From Azolla caroliniana (taxonomy: Eukaryota > Plantae > Polypodiophyta): 64,000 nt of DNA. Of this stretch, positions 1 to 14,601 are shown piece after piece (within the stretch, counting starts at the first letter, position 1; each line of letters opens with the position of its first letter). The notes under the pieces were generated by a model. That model worked only from the letters and a program-made list of their open reading frames with translations, was not told the origin of the DNA and did no database searches. The stretch lies in NCBI GenBank assembly GCA_043228905.1, contig JBHGNT010000020.1:4278001-4342000 (forward strand). Reading direction: 5' to 3'. The position numbers and the translations under genes are program-made.

Positions 1-219
1 AACAGAGGGTGTAGAACACTCGAGAAAAGGAGAGAGAGAGAGAGAGAGAGAGAAAATGATAATGAGAACGATATATTATGTGAGAAAAATATACAAGGCT
101 AAGAGGCTTAAGATTGGCGTTGAACCGATTTGGTTCGAAATAATGTCTTGTGCCTCCTTTTATAGTGTTCTCATGAGTAGTCTTGAAGCTTCTAGAATGT
201 TCCAAAGAAATCTGGAATA

Positions 220-607
220 TACATTAATTTTCTATAGTAAAACTTAAATAAAAATGATCTTTTATGTATTACAATAGATAGTGTAATGGTCAAGAGCTCG
301 ACCCATGTAACATAAGGTCATGGGTTCGAGGCTTGCCATATCATGACCATGGTTGTTTACATACTCGTATTTAACGTTTAAATACGTATAATACCTCATA
401 ATTTGTATAATACATTAATTTTCTATAGTAAAACTTAAATAAAAATGATCTTTTATGTATTACAATAGATAGTGTAATGGTCAAGAGCTCGACCCATGTA
501 ATATAAGGTCATGGGTTCGAGGCTTGCCATATCATGACCATGGTTGTTTACATACTCGTATTTAACGTTTAAATACGTATAATACCTCATAATTTGTATA
601 ATACATA
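220..607 (+). repeat. Near-perfect 191-bp tandem duplication containing a tRNA-like (A-box/B-box) segment
   Basis: The unit starting TACATTAATTTTCTATAG occurs at 220 and 411 with about one mismatch. Each unit contains TAGTGTAATGG...GGGTTCGAGGC. Confidence 0.85.
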
Positions 608-1352
608 CTATACCTCAATGTTGTTTAGTCAAATATCATGTACATTTGTCCAATACGGTATTTAATGTATTTATAAAAAAAATAGGTATAATACGTATTT
701 ATAAAGAAAATGTAAGTAAAATCCCAACAAAAAGCAAAAGAAAAAAAAGATTTTAGTGAAAAAGAAGCCCAAGGAAGGAAGAAAGAAGAATAGAAGAGAC
801 GACGATGAAGAAGAAGAAGAAGAGAGAAAAAAAGAAGACATAAACCTATCTTGACTCTGAGTGTGATAATCACAAAAGATAGAAGAAGAGGACGAAGAAA
901 ACAGAAACCTATCATGAGTATGATAATCGTAGACGATTCCTCAATCTATGAAGGCATAATTGAAAATAATTACAATTCGAAGTAGAACATCATGATACAC
1001 ACACCAATTTATAGAATAAGGGAATGTCAACATCCATATTACTACAAGTATTTTAGGATGTGAAATGTTCAAATGTCTTATATGCATTTTAAGATGTAGA
1101 GCTATATTGTACATCATAAAATTGTGTAAACATAGATGTTTTTTACAATATTATAGATATTTTTGAGAAAGGTAAATAATTTTCAAATTCTAGAAGTATT
1201 TAACGTACTATACGTAAAATACGTATTTTATAAGTATTTAACATATTAAGAAAACATATTTAACGTATTTTTAAATTGGGAGGTACTATATGGGTATTAA
1301 TAAGTTAAATACGTATGGTATCTGTACCGCACCTAACGTACCTAACAACCTT

Positions 1353-1700
1353 GATCATGACACTATCCCCCCTTTAAAACGACGAGAGTCACGAGTTGTT
1401 TTGGATTGAGGACATGGTTTATCAGGATATTAACGATAGAAGTCTTCACGAAGAGCACGAGCATTGGTCACATTCTCTATTGGTTCCCAAGTACGCTCGT
1501 TGGGACTATATCCTAGCCAATCGATTAAATAGTAGAGCTTGTTGCGAATAATCTTGGAATTGAGGATGGCGGCAACCTCGTACTCAGGTCCATCTTCAAG
1601 TTCGATCAGGGGTGGAGGTTGTGGAATATGTCCTAGGATGGTGCTGTCTTGATAGGGTTTGAGGAGAGAACTATGAAACACCGAATAAACTTGGCACGGT
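1353..1700 (-). mobile_element. Ty3/Gypsy chromovirus 3' fragment (integrase C-terminus + chromodomain, PPT, start of 3' LTR)
   Basis: ORF 1430-1747 reads VFHSSLLKPY...EYEVAAILNSKIIRNKLYYLIDWLGYSPNERTWEP (chromodomain). It is followed on the minus strand by PPT AAAGGGGGGATAG and TGTCATG. Confidence 0.85.
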
Positions 1701-3730
1701 CTTGTCCTTTGGACTAGTGCAAACTTCATTGTTTGCTTCGATCTCAAGATTCATATATGAAGAGGCCTCATTGTTATCAAAACATTCTAGTTCAATGTCA
1801 ATCCTCAACCTTCCAAGCATCTACCTCATGTCTTACTTGCCTTTGGATTATTGTATTCTTGATTCTTGACTCTATATTGAGCACTAGTTGATATTTCATG
1901 CATTTCTTGCACATATTCATGTACTTTTTTTATTTTCTCATAGGTTTATGACAAAATGCTCTTTGATAATTGTGCTTCGATGTTGTAAAGATGTCGTCTA
2001 CCTTGGTTCTTTGTGTTGAAAAATTATATATCATTCTCTCTTTTAAAGGAAATAGGCAACATGGTATTAGAACTATAGAGGTTTTGAATGTATTATTCAA
2101 TAGGAGTTCTAGAAGGAGAGTTTTGAGCAATCAAAGGTAGTAGTTATACCCGTAGATCAATGGCTACAACAATTGATCAAGGTTTGTGAGTGCTTTATCA
2201 AGTGATGCATACTTCAACAAGTGGTGTTCGAAATTGTGCCATTGAGTCAGAGATGGACATGTACAAAATAAATGCAAAGTTATCCTTAACTTCACATCAT
2301 TGTACAATGACTCTTTTTCACACAAAAAATGCTATGTCATTCTGAATCACTCAAATCACTACTTAGAATGTTCATGTAAAAGATGAGATATGTAATTAAA
2401 TGTTAATAGATGACACTAATTGTGTCTTTTGCATACAAGTTAACTAGACAGAAAATGATGTCTACCGTACATATAGGTGAAACACGATGTACACTAATGT
2501 GAATCTAATAGAACTCTATACCCAACTCATTAACTTAACCTAGAAATTAAATAATATAAGTCTTAGGTTCTAGTTAATGATACTTACTACAAAGGGCAAT
2601 ATACGTACCGATGAAAAATGATGAAGACTAGCTCGCTAGCTAATATACAACTCCAATTTACGCCTTAACACCCTAGGGATTACCCACCATCTACATATGT
2701 TGAATTAGAGAACATAATTCTTGTAGATATTTAAGTACATCCTACTGCATTTCTACTATCATAAGAGTTGCTTCACGCAACTCAAATTATGGCTTTGCAA
2801 CATGACATGTTTAGTACTCCTTGTATGTCATAGATGGCTTTCACATATATGTAGAATAGAGAAAGGTAGTTGTTTCTCGGTTAATCTTAATGTAATGTTA
2901 ATTCTTTTAAACCATATTACATCAGAAACCTAACAAAACAAAATTATGCATCCAGTTTTCAACAGGCCCGAATTCGTAGACATTTTTTTTGGAGACTTAG
3001 TGCATGTTTAGGATCTCCATCAATTTCTTGGATGGCAACAAATTATAATCACTGCCCAATTTCAAAACTTAATTTTTGATGAGGGATATATCCTCTTCAT
3101 TCAATCTTCATGGTTTATTGATAGCTTTTAAAGAAAGACACTCCAAAATCATATGAACATACTTCACTACTTGTTACAGAATTTTACCCTCCATAAACAC
3201 ATGATACAATTTATTCCTTGTTACAAATGAATAATACCCTCCATAATCATACCAATATTTAGCTAATACAATTTCCTTGAGATATACATGACAGATAAAA
3301 TGCTTGCATTTGTTGGCATTCGAGCTCGCAATCATGATCCTCGAATTCAACTTTAAATTGAACATTCTCCTCAGAAAGAGGAGCCTTCACTGATTATACA
3401 CTGATTAGACAAAAAGATGCTAGAAATGTGTTTTGTGTGCGCCATCAAGCATGTTGATGTACTGAACCTTTATTGAGTAGGAAGAAAGAGGCTAGAAATG
3501 TGGAGAATTGCATGGTTATTTGCTTTGAATTCTATATTTTCTTGAATGATCTATACAATTTATAGACCCAAGAACCGACTCTTTGATAGGCTCTTCGCAG
3601 ATACCTTGATATGTTGAAGTACATTGGTTATTCCTTCCTATGCATATTGATCTATACAATGTGAATTTTCTTTTATTGACCTACTCTTGTTACTGAATCT
3701 ACTACTACTATTGACAAATTGACAATATGG

Positions 3731-6020
3731 TTACACCTGAAGTGAATTTCTATATGGCAATCTAGACCTTGAATACCTCTTTCCCTTGTGTAATGTTTGC
3801 ATTACAGATGGCAGTTTCCGAGCAATGCTTTTCCACACCATGTTTACAGCATCATGAGGAAGAGATGGATATTGAAACTCGAAATGATGATCGACCTCTT
3901 TGAGCCGCATCCACATCCGAGTCCACTCTTGCTCCTTCACAGTGTCAAGCAAATCCAAGAGGAACCCTTTCTGAAGAGCATCCTGGGACCTCACAAATAA
4001 ACAAAACTGGGAGTAATCCAACTCATCTTCGAATGGAAGCTCTATCTCATCACTTATGATCACAGGTACACAATGGCTAACTATGGCATCAAACAATCGG
4101 TTCGAAGATGGTGTGTCGCCAGCGAGATGTAGGCAAAACTTGGAGGATCGCATGCCTCTCGAGGCTCTACGGATCCCATCTCGTTGAGTGTTTCCACTCG
4201 AGAAATGGACTCCTGCCTTATCTTTCAGGATTTGATAGAGCCTTTGCCTAATCATGCCTCCCTGATTGTAATAAAAAAAAAAATCCAACAAAAATGCAAA
4301 GGGTTATATTCTTCATTCATCCACATGAATCAATAATTTACCCATTGGTCTATCTATCCATGAATCAACAATGCATCCTTCTTTCTTTACTTCTCTTAGT
4401 ACATACTTTAGTAAGTGGCCTTGAGGTTGTCTACTCATCCCATTTCTTTCCTTGTCATAAAATTTCAGGTGACGCATTCTGTTAGGTTTTATAGGCAGGC
4501 CACTTTTTCTCTTTTAGAGAGATATAAACATATTTATCTATTATCTACCTCTTTATCCATCAATCCATCAATTTTCAGTTGTAACCTCCTGTTTGTTCCA
4601 TCTCATAGGCCATTTCATTTGGTCTCTTTGATATGTGACTATATATCCATCTACATGTGGATCTATCTACAATCGATCTAAAAAATCTATCCACCTATTT
4701 ACCATCCATCTAATGATCCATCCCTCCATGGTTAATACATCTAATCATTTAGCATCCATCTAAGGATCCATCCCTCCATGGTTAATACATCTAATCATTT
4801 ATTAATTGTTCTACCCATCTCTCTATCCATCCATCCATGGTTCCTCCGAAATATTGACACATCTATTATCTATCCATCGATTTGAGCAACTACCAATTTC
4901 TATACATTCATCGATCTATCACTCTTGGCAGGCACATGTATCAACAGTTCACAAGAAAACATCATTATAGTGATGAGAATACCTCTTTTCTAATAATGGC
5001 ACCTTGGAAGTAGAGAAGAGTCTTTCTGCTTTCATAGCTTGAATTATCATCTGTATAGGTAGGCACCATATGCTTATAAGGGGCCACAACATCTTTTCCC
5101 ACATTCGCTACTTTAGGAGAATATCGGCCAAAGTCTGACACGACAAACATAGCAGATTGTAAAGCCTCCCTTGCAACATGTAGACTATTGGGATGATGCA
5201 TAAAAATGATATGATTCTTTCCACCCGAATGCTTCCAAGAATTCTGTTGGTGTAAATATGTAACTAGTTTCTCTTGTAAATCCCTGTTTTTGTCGTTGCT
5301 CCCATCAACTCTACCATATCTGTTATAGCTGAGTGATGAAAAGAATGGCACCAGAAGCACATCGGCATCCTTCCAGTTCGACACACGGACGACTGTACAG
5401 GAGGTGTGTTTCATGTGAGAGGTATGACAGGAAAGGAGGTCCAATGTAACCCAATATTCTACACTGTGTTGTAAGTTGAGACCACCGGGGTAGCGAGGAA
5501 CTCGGGATATATTCATCATCGGCCAAATTCGGCGGCCATGGCTCAAGAAGGCTTCGTCTAACAGACCAAAGTGGAACTCTGCTGGTAGATCATACATGAA
5601 AACCCTAAAAAGAGCATTACTTTGATTACGATCCAGATTCTTTCCTGTTGCGATGGATCTGATACCAATACCATTATCGAGATGATTCTTCATGATGATG
5701 TTACCGCTGCGATTATTCTTCTCGGTGCCAGTACTCATATTTTGTACCTTCTCATTCCTCTCCACCAATGTATTGTATAGCTCTCCTCCTCTATCAATCT
5801 CTAATCGCATAGCCTCTTGTGCCAGTGGACAATGAAAGTCAACCCACACAGAACTTCTCAATTCCACAGGACGAATTATGGAGACCAACACGAGGAGGAG
5901 TAAAGCCATGAGGACTATGATGATTACGATGATTTGTCGTCGACCGCGTGACCTTTTCTGGCGACCCAATCCCATCTTCCAAGGCATTTGGAAATGCCGC
6001 AGCTCTACAGGGCTGGCCAT
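3731..6020 (-). CDS. ARAD1: Exostosin/GT47 glycosyltransferase, ARAD1-like arabinosyltransferase; exons 6020-4983 and 4261-3731, ~522 aa
   Basis: N-terminal TM anchor and motifs VFMYDLPAEFHFGLL, YPGGLNLQHSVEYW, SDFGRY, SKFCLHLAGDTPSSNRLFDAIVSHCVPVIISD. A phase-0 GT..AG intron (4982-4262) joins IIRKE|GGMIRQ. Exact orthology within the ARAD clade is not established. Confidence 0.93.
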
Positions 6021-6159
6021 TACCTTTCGGATTTAAGATTTTAAGCTACTTTTTTTAGGGTTTCAAGGGTTCTTTAGGTTTTGAGAGGTATGTACAAGTT
6101 TTTCTGTTGCGTGGTTTTGGGTTGTTTTATTGGTTTCTCAAGGCCTCCTACTCCTACTC

Positions 6160-6192
<33 letters not shown>

Positions 6193-6616
6193 AGCAAGTT
6201 CTTCAGGGATTTTGGGTTTTAATGTGGTTTAGGGCTTCTACGGTTTTTTGGATGATATTTTAGGGTTTCTAGGGTAAGAACATGGGGTTTGGGGATGGAT
6301 TTGGGTTCCTTTAGGGTTTGGGCCACCAAATCCGATATTACTATTATTGTCTCGTCTCGTCTCCTCCTAAACTGTAGCAGCTATGGATGGATGTATGTAT
6401 GTATATATCCTGAAGAAACAAAGGAAGAAAGCCTCTCACTCAGCAATAGACAGCCCTGAAGTGGGGGTCTTTATTATGTATTTGAATTTGCTTAGTTAGC
6501 CGACAAACACAACACAATCTAATCTAATCTAATCTTTATCTATGATGGATGTAAAGGCTGTGTGTACAAAGAAAAAGCTTTTTGCAGCAGACAGAGAGAG
6601 AAAAGAAAAGAAAGAA

Positions 6617-6652
6617 AGATATATTAACGTCTTCTAAGGCCAAAATTGGCCA
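6617..6652 (-). mobile_element. LINE 3'-end stub in an AG-rich tract
   Basis: Reverse complement GGCCAATTTTGGCCTTAGAAGACGTTAATATATCT resembles the 3' end of the LINE at ~47650-47695. Confidence 0.6.
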
Positions 6653-7132
6653 AGAGAAGAAGAACAAAACCAACTAACTGCCTTGATTGATTGCGTTGAG
6701 GATGGATCCCCACTTTCCAAAAAAGGAAAGAAAGAAAAGTAAGATTGCCCTTTTGGGGTTTGGCCAGAATTTTGAAGCTTTCTTTAACTGCAGGTAAACA
6801 CAAAGACACAGAGAGAGACACAGAGAGAGAGAGAGAGATCTGAGAGAGTGAGTGTGTGTGTGTGTTATATATGTATCTGCAAGATTATCCGCATTCCTCC
6901 AGATTTGACCGTCCATATATGTATGTATATATATGTACATAAGTTTGAAGACACACCACACCACACATCTGTCTCTCTCTCTTCATATTCCTACAGTTTT
7001 TTCTCTTCATATTCCTAGAAACTCATTTTCTGTGTATTTGCATATGTATGTACTATGTATACTATGTATGTATTTACGTAAGCAGATACGTGCGTATGTA
7101 TGTATGTTATCTCTATGTATTTGTGTTTGTGT

Positions 7133-7170
7133 TTGGCCCAATTTTGGTCTTAGATAACGTTAATATATCT
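7133..7170 (+). mobile_element. LINE 3'-end stub, inverted relative to the copy at 6617
   Basis: TTGGCCCAATTTTGGTCTTAGATAACGTTAATATATCT followed by a CT-rich tract. Confidence 0.6.
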
Positions 7171-8709
7171 TCTCTTCATTCTCAAAACATGTCGTGTGCG
7201 TGCATGCATGATGCATGTGTGTGTGTGTGTGTATTTTCTACTCTCTCTCTCTCTCTCTACTCAAAAATAATTTGGAATATGTCAAGAGTCCCATGTTGAC
7301 AACCACAATAAATACGCGTGCTATGTATTCTCCTCTTGAAACGGTAAACATGTTACGTTGTCATTGATTTCATAAGTGCCACGATTTAGCGTCTCAATGA
7401 ATCGAACACATCCCCCTAAATCTTGTTGGCGTTCTTCGAGTACTACTTTTCCATTTCCAACATTGACTTCTTATTTCAACAACCTTCGAATAACGTATTG
7501 TTCACTTCAAAGAACATATAATGATGCCCTTATTATCATTGACATCACAAACTCTATTTCCCACATCATGAGCCATCTCATTGCCCATCTAGGTAAATGT
7601 AACATTACGATCCTTGGAATGAGAACAAAATCATGCTTTTGAGATGTATGCACCATTTGGTATCATAATTTGATATTGAATTGCTAACATAAACATCAAC
7701 CACTTCATCGTACTATTCCAAGGGTGAATTGTGATGGGTCTCAATGCTCTAGCTTAAGCATATCTTGCATTTTTAAATTTCGCATAAGATAGATATACCT
7801 CTTTGTGTCAAATATAAATACAATAATTTAAAATGTAATCACATTTTAACTCGTAAGTCAAAGCTTTAATGAACCATTTGTTTGTGGAGGTTTGGCATAG
7901 CTTATTTCGGTCATATGATTGAATGTTATATTCCTCGAGCCCTAGTTAGTTATATGAAATGGCCTATATATCTCTTTTCTTCTCATCAACCACATACTCT
8001 CAGATTCATATGATGGCATGTGCCAAAAAGGTTATACAAGGGGTCACCCTTTGTAAATGTTAAGATGTTTTCCATTAATAAAAATGCCATGTTATTAACC
8101 TCTCCTTCTTTCTCTCTCGAATGTCCAAGATTGATTGCTCATGAAGTTTCTTCAATTCAACCTACAAATATCATACATGCTTTAATTCTTGAGACTGCAT
8201 CACTTCCCATTGAGGTCACGAAAGCTCATCTACTACATGCTCAAGGTTCTAATTATCATGCACATCAACTTCCTAGGATCTCATAGCAAGCAAAAACGCC
8301 CTCCAGCTGAATCGATTAAGCTAATTTGGCACACACTCATAACTACACTAAGAGCTCAATATGAGCGGATTAATGGTACTAATGATGCTGCAGACCTAAT
8401 GAGGCTGAATTTTCGAAAAAGATGGTGTACGACACCGATGGCCGCAGCAAATGGAATGGATATACTATGGAAGTATGATGTACCCAGATGGTTGTTTCCC
8501 CCTCCCATTAGTTGAACGAGGGGCGTGAAAGACATGGCAAGTGGGATAGTGAAGGTAGGTGATGTATCTGAAAGGATGGCTTGAGTCATATGTAAAAGTG
8601 TAAGATAAATAAGTGAGATCTCGTATGTAGGCTAGGATAATCTTGGCACGGCCTAACTGAGAAAGGGATCATGTTCATGTATATTTTAACTAATGGAGTA
8701 TATTCTCTT

Positions 8710-9127
8710 TTGGAAAAGCAAATTTGGGGGTTTTGGATGCATGCAAGCTATAAAGAAATGGTTTGGAAAGAGGAATGCATGACTTTTGGTTCTTGATACC
8801 TTAATAGACTTCTCCATGAATGGGACTTTTTTGCATTGCCAACATATCAAATGTGTTGCATCAAACTATAAAACCATATTCTTTAAATGGGGAAACCGCA
8901 CTCCTTGATACATGCTAGAACCCATACTATCGTTCACCATCTACGTAGTTGAGTCAATACAGCTTAGCTCACATTCTCTCGTATGTGAGATGAAAATTGG
9001 AGAACATGTGAGGACACTCATTGAATATGTATATTTTGCCTACCACAAGTTCATGATTCAAAGTATCACACTTTTCATCAAATGTGTTAAATGCATTTGT
9101 GTTTGCTTTCCACACATTTTCAATCCA
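8710..9127 (+). mobile_element. Degenerate LINE ORF2 C-terminal fragment, same family as 46561-47722
   Basis: Colinear similarity to ~47055-47520, e.g. AAAAGCAAATTT..ATGCAAG.TATA.A.AAATGGTTTGG, TACATG.TAGA.CCCAT, CTTAGCTCACAT, AGTATCACACTTT, TTTCCACA. Confidence 0.7.
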
Positions 9128-9240
9128 AAGGAAGAGATAAAAAAGATTGAGTAACTTAAGAAGTGGGTGAAGTTCTTGAAGGAGTGCACAACATTGTTGA
9201 TCATGAACAAAATCTAAATTGGATAGGGGAAGTTCCTATA

Positions 9241-9672
9241 AAATAATCAAATAGCGAGTAAGGTCTAGATAGAGGATAGAATGTCAATAGGGAATGAAAG
9301 AAAGATATATTAACGTCTTCTAAGACCAAAATTGGCCCATGAGACAATTGGTTTACAACAAAATTGGGGTATTTACCCATCCATCGAAAGTAAAAACAAA
9401 ATAAAAAATAAAGAAAGATATATTAATGTCTTCTAAGACCAAAATTGGCCCATGAGAGAATCATAGAGTCGACACACAAAGTGACATCCAATGAATGGAT
9501 GTGTGAAACAAGCTAAAGAGTGGATACATTGCGAGATAAAAAATCAAATAGCAAGTAAGGTGTAGATAGAGGATAGAATGCGAATAGGGAATGAATCGAG
9601 ATAGAGAGAATCATAGAGTCGACGCACAAAGTGGCATCCAAAGAATGGACGTGCAAAACAAGCTAAAGAGTG
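9241..9672. repeat. Locally duplicated segments with two embedded minus-strand LINE 3' stubs (~9303-9390, ~9416-9455)
   Basis: AATCAAATAGC.AGTAAGGT.TAGATAGAGG occurs at ~9246 and ~9541. GAGAGAATCATAGAGTCGAC occurs at ~9454 and ~9604. AGATATATTAA.GTCTTCTAAGACCAAAATTGGCCCATGAG occurs twice. Confidence 0.7.
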
Positions 9673-10224
9673 GACGCATTGGAGTACAGAATGCATGTGC
9701 ATAACATTGTGCACTTGTGGCCTAATGGATAAGCCACTTGAATTTCACATCAAGGGATTCTATTATATGTTCCACAACCATATGATTTAATGCTCTATTC
9801 ATCGTGCCCATATTCTTTTTATGAAATGCTCCATAGTAAATATAGATACGTATAGATATGTATCAAAAACACATTGACATACGTATGTTGAATAACTAAT
9901 GGAAGGATATGTGCCAAAAAAGCTGTATAAGGCTAACCTCTATTAGTAAAAATGTCATATTATTTTTTTGTATCTCTTTATCAAACGTATTTTGATTAAT
10001 ATTACACTCTTTAGAGTTTAAAAATATTATGGTGGATTCATATATTAGGCTCAAATCAAATAATGATAAAGTTATATTATTACTCTCTCTCTTCTTCTTT
10101 TTATTGTAATTACCTTACCTTACCTTCGTGGTGAGGTCATTTTACACTATTAGCACTACATATTAGGTTTGAAACCCAATTTTCTCCCGTCTCTATTTCT
10201 CCATAGATATCTCTTATTTTACTA

Positions 10225-10520
10225 GATGCATTGTGGAATGCAACGGTTGAACCCATGACCACCTAATCTCCATTGGGCAACCTTACCAATTCTCACACAC
10301 TCTCTCTTTGTTTTTTATCGTAATTAGCTTATCCTATTAGTAAATTGTTACACTAGAAGTCATTATGTATTGGGGGATTCGAAACCCCATTTTACTCACC
10401 TCTGAGTTATATACTTTATAGATATCTCTTTATTCACTAGATGCCACTATGGAATGTAGGGGTTGAACCCATGACCACCTGGTTTCCATTAGGCAACCTT
10501 ACCAACTGAGCTACATCCAT
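10225..10520 (-). mobile_element. tRNA-derived (SINE-like) sequence, one near-full and one partial copy
   Basis: Reverse complement of ~10452-10519 is GGATGTAGCTCAGTTGGTAAGG...GGGTTCAACCCCTAC (A and B boxes). Partial copy at ~10225-10290. Confidence 0.55.
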
Positions 10521-11102
10521 TTGGGCTCTCTCTGTCTCTCTCTTTAGTAAAAGCAAACAATTATACTAATTGTATTTAAAATCCACAATTACAACACTTC
10601 TTAGACTCTTCTACCTACCTATCCTATGTAGGGAGAGGGGCGTCCTGTAATGCCATTAGAAAACTTGAATATGCATTTGAGGAAATGATCCCCACATGCT
10701 CTAACATCAAAAAATTCCACATAAGAATACCTTTCAACTTCTTCATATAGGCTTTTATCCCATGTTTACTATCAAACATGAAAGCATTACACATATAGCA
10801 ATTGTGTTGTAGTCCCCAATAACGTAAAAATTCAAAAAATATCTTCATCTCATCATTTGAACCATTTTGAACATACCAAGAAAAAACCAATTGCTGAGGT
10901 CTCAAATAACAACGGGTTAAAACTTGCCAAACATCCGATCAATACTTTAAAATAGTACACATTATAGGACGTTTTAATGAAACTATGTGTATTGTCTTCC
11001 AATGGAATGGTGCAAAAGAAACAAGTGCCTGACCCTAGTCCTTGTGTAACAAGCTTGTACCATCTTGTAATGGCCAATCCACCAAGGTGCAATGTTTGTT
11101 TT

Positions 11103-11467
11103 TGTTGAGAATCAAGCTCAACCTAGTCTAATGTGAGAACACACCCTTGAGAGTATATAAACACTCAAAGGTCAAAAGTCACACCACTACTCTTGACACA
11201 TTAACTACATGACACATAACTAATGAGTTTCCACATTCCCCATGACCGATGAGCTTCGGTAGTTAATGAAGAGAGAGGGTGACTATATAAAGCACCCTCC
11301 TACTTTGTAATATGTTGGTTAATTTCCTTGTAATATACATTTTCTTGAGTATTCTATTCTAATTTCTATCTTGTGTCTCTCTCCTCTCCTCTCCTCTTCT
11401 CAAACATACACACAACACACATCTCTAACCTATTCCGCTGCACAGAATCATACCACGATTCTTTACA
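11103..11467 (+). mobile_element. Solo LTR of a Ty1/Copia family (related to the LTRs at 17261-18210 and 42270-42650)
   Basis: TGTTGAGAATCAAGCTCAAC...TTCTTTACA, flanked by GTTTT/GTTCT (4/5 TSD). No PBS follows. Confidence 0.85.
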
Positions 11468-11867
11468 GTTCTCAATGGCAATGATCCACATAACAATGGT
11501 ATATCTTGTAATTTTTACCAAATAAATATATAATTTAGGGGAATACATAACCATTGTTTGGCATCTTCAAATTTTGACAACCTTTGAGATTCATTATCAA
11601 CCACATCTCCAAATGTAAAACCCCCAATCGAAATAAATAATTGAATTGAGATCTCAACTTCTCTTCTTCTTTTTTATTGTAATTAGTTTACCCTAGTGGT
11701 AAGTCATTTACACTACCAACACTACATCTTGGGTTCAAAACCTAATTTCCTCACAATTTACATTACTAGCACTACATCTTAGGTTTGAAACCTAATTTTC
11801 TCCCCTCTCTATTACTCCATAGATATAGATCTTATTTCACACACAATTATATTAATAAATGTGTGTG

Positions 11868-11904
<37 letters not shown>

Positions 11905-14601
11905 GTGCTATCTTATCTTCATTCAATGCAAATGCATCTCTTTTTCATAAATGGAAGACTTTAACATACACGCATGGCCCAAGGCATGTGTGTTTAAATT
12001 ATATAAGGTATTACGTAGGCGGTTGTGCTTGTTATGACCACGTGCTCCTTCAACCTCAATTGTGACATATCATCTTTTATTCAAGAAGCTTAGATTTATC
12101 CCTCACACTCCTACACTCTTGCCCTACCCCTCAAGTTCAATAGATTAAGTGGACATAAGACAAGTGCCATTTAGAATTCTCTACTCTTGTCCATCCCACA
12201 TGTTGTGATTCATGCAAATATAAAGGGGTCTATATGAGGCCCAATAATTATGAAGCTTGGACATTTTTATGCATGGTCTTTTCCCAATGAGAGTGACAAG
12301 TTGCAATTGTGAAGCTCTTCAGATTGTGGATGGTCACTATAATGGAAATGGGTCATTAGATTCTCAAATGAATCAATTTTGAAATGGCATGTTGTCATCA
12401 CTCACCACCATGGTTGGGCTAACAATGCGTGACTGGAGCTACATTTAACTCCATTGAATATATGCCCTAAACAATTTTTTCCTTTATTATGGCAACTTTT
12501 GGGTGATTGGAATCATTACTCTTCTCTACATGGTTGTGTCAATTGGATTGGTATGGTATCCATCAATTCCAAGGCTATACACTAGATTTGCGAGTGCTTG
12601 TCATAATAGAGTCAACTTCATGAATGATTACAAATGTTTTTCCATATGTTCATGGTCGAATTTTGTGGCTTAATTGATTAGTTCTCAATTTCAGTGGCAT
12701 CACTGTTCTTCTTCCAGACTTCAGATTATTTTCCTGGTTTCTTCCACCTAAAACTTCCCTTACTTTTGGAGTTTCCCATGTGACTATCTCGATATTGGAA
12801 GCTTGCGTATTATGGATAACCATACTGGTGTGTGATTTTGTTATAATTTCCACTTTTCAAGAGTAGATAATTTGGCTTTTCCCAACTATATTACTTGTTT
12901 TTTCACCATACTTCTCTTCAATTAGTATAATGATTGTAGGTGGGTCAAAGCATGACAATGGAAACATTATTGTAGCTAACATATAGCTAAGACAACAATA
13001 ACTAAACAACTATTATTTTTTAGTTGTTCCTTTAATGAGCAGTTTAGAAGGTACATATAATTTATTATGTGGAATGAAACAAGGGAATAGCCAAATATTT
13101 GAATTTAGGCGCAATAGGATTTGTGTTTGGGCCTTTATTGTCAATACATTTCTTCATCATCCTCAACATTGGCATCAAATATCAAACACAGGGAGCACTA
13201 CTCACGTGCTTGTAGAAAGAGTCATTACATCAACATGAAAATACACAATTAATTGAATCCTTGCTACATCCTATTTACGAGAGGATCTCATTGCATCTTC
13301 ATCCAAATAGTTTTCAATATATTTGTTGCTTTTCTTTTTCAAACTAATCACTCATAGGTTGTGTTTTCTTGTTAGCTAAGGCAAAGTCATTGAAGTCACT
13401 CACAAGGATGTCACAAAGATTACAATTTAACATGTAAGATTTGATTACGATTTCAATTAGGGTTTACGTAGAATCATTTAAGGATAGAATTGGATATGCA
13501 TATTTTGAAGTTAGTTTTTTGTTCCAAAGAAAGAATTGATGGAAATATGTTGGATGCTAAGACACTCAGTAAGAAAGGCCAATATCAAAGATTTAGGAGG
13601 GTAGAATAAATTCCAATGGAAAAGGTAAGAGTGTTTTTCTAAATGTCAAAAGTAGAAAAACGTAAGTCGTGGATAAGAAGAGTATGATGGAGAAAAACGT
13701 TCATGAGGAGAGCTTTCCAACAAGATCTAGTATGTAGAAATTGGAGCTACAGAACAAAATTAGTAATGGAAAAAGTAAGTCTACATCAAAAGAGGATAAC
13801 TAGGTCTATATTTAGGATACTTTATAAAAAGAAGAAGGAGAACAAAGAACCCAAAGCAAATCAACAAGGCAGTTTCAAAATGTGGTCACTATTGTCATTA
13901 TTGAGGAGCTATTTGATGCCAAACATAGTTGTATATAGACTCAAGTATCTTCATTAGAAAGCAAGGATAGCCTATATAAAAACACAATTAAGAACCTACA
14001 GATATGATAGAAAAAATATTAAAGAAGGGGGAATTAGGATTCTTTAGAAGAAGTGACTTTATCCGTTAGAATCATTGAAACACAAGGAGTTCTTTGGTGT
14101 ATGGATTTATCTAGAGGATATATTGACGATAGAAGGTTTATCTAGAGCACATGTAAACCATATACTTAAATCATGATGGTAAAAAGGTGATCACAAAAGT
14201 TATGGTGTGTCGGTGCCCATACACACCTTGCAACATATATAAATATTGATGTGGATGTTACAACTACAAGGATAAAAAGGATCATAGTTAAGGAGAGGGG
14301 AGTATAATAATATTTTTGGTATATATACATATATTAGGATAACACGACAAGAGAGTGGAGAATGATAATATTAGGATACATATACACATGTACCCACACA
14401 AACTTGCATGTATATTCAATATATATTATGTATTGTGTTTTAGGTGGTTTAACAAGAGTATGAACAAATGAAAATTAAGGAATATAATAAAATCTAAGGT
14501 TATGGCTAGTGAGAAGAATAAAAGGAGGAAGATATTATGTAGTAACGGCATAATAGAGAGTCGAGACAAGGGGTGAGAGAGAGAAAGAAAGAAAAAAAAA
14601 A

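Noticed and set aside
625-1352. Hydrophobic ORF 625-915 and a possible hAT/MITE end (..CAACCTTG at ~1352)
   Set aside because: The ORF is low-complexity GAA antisense. No partner TIR or TSD was found for the putative element.
10450-10520. Possible functional tRNA gene
   Set aside because: A/B boxes are present but there is no convincing acceptor or anticodon stem, and related copies lie in TE contexts.
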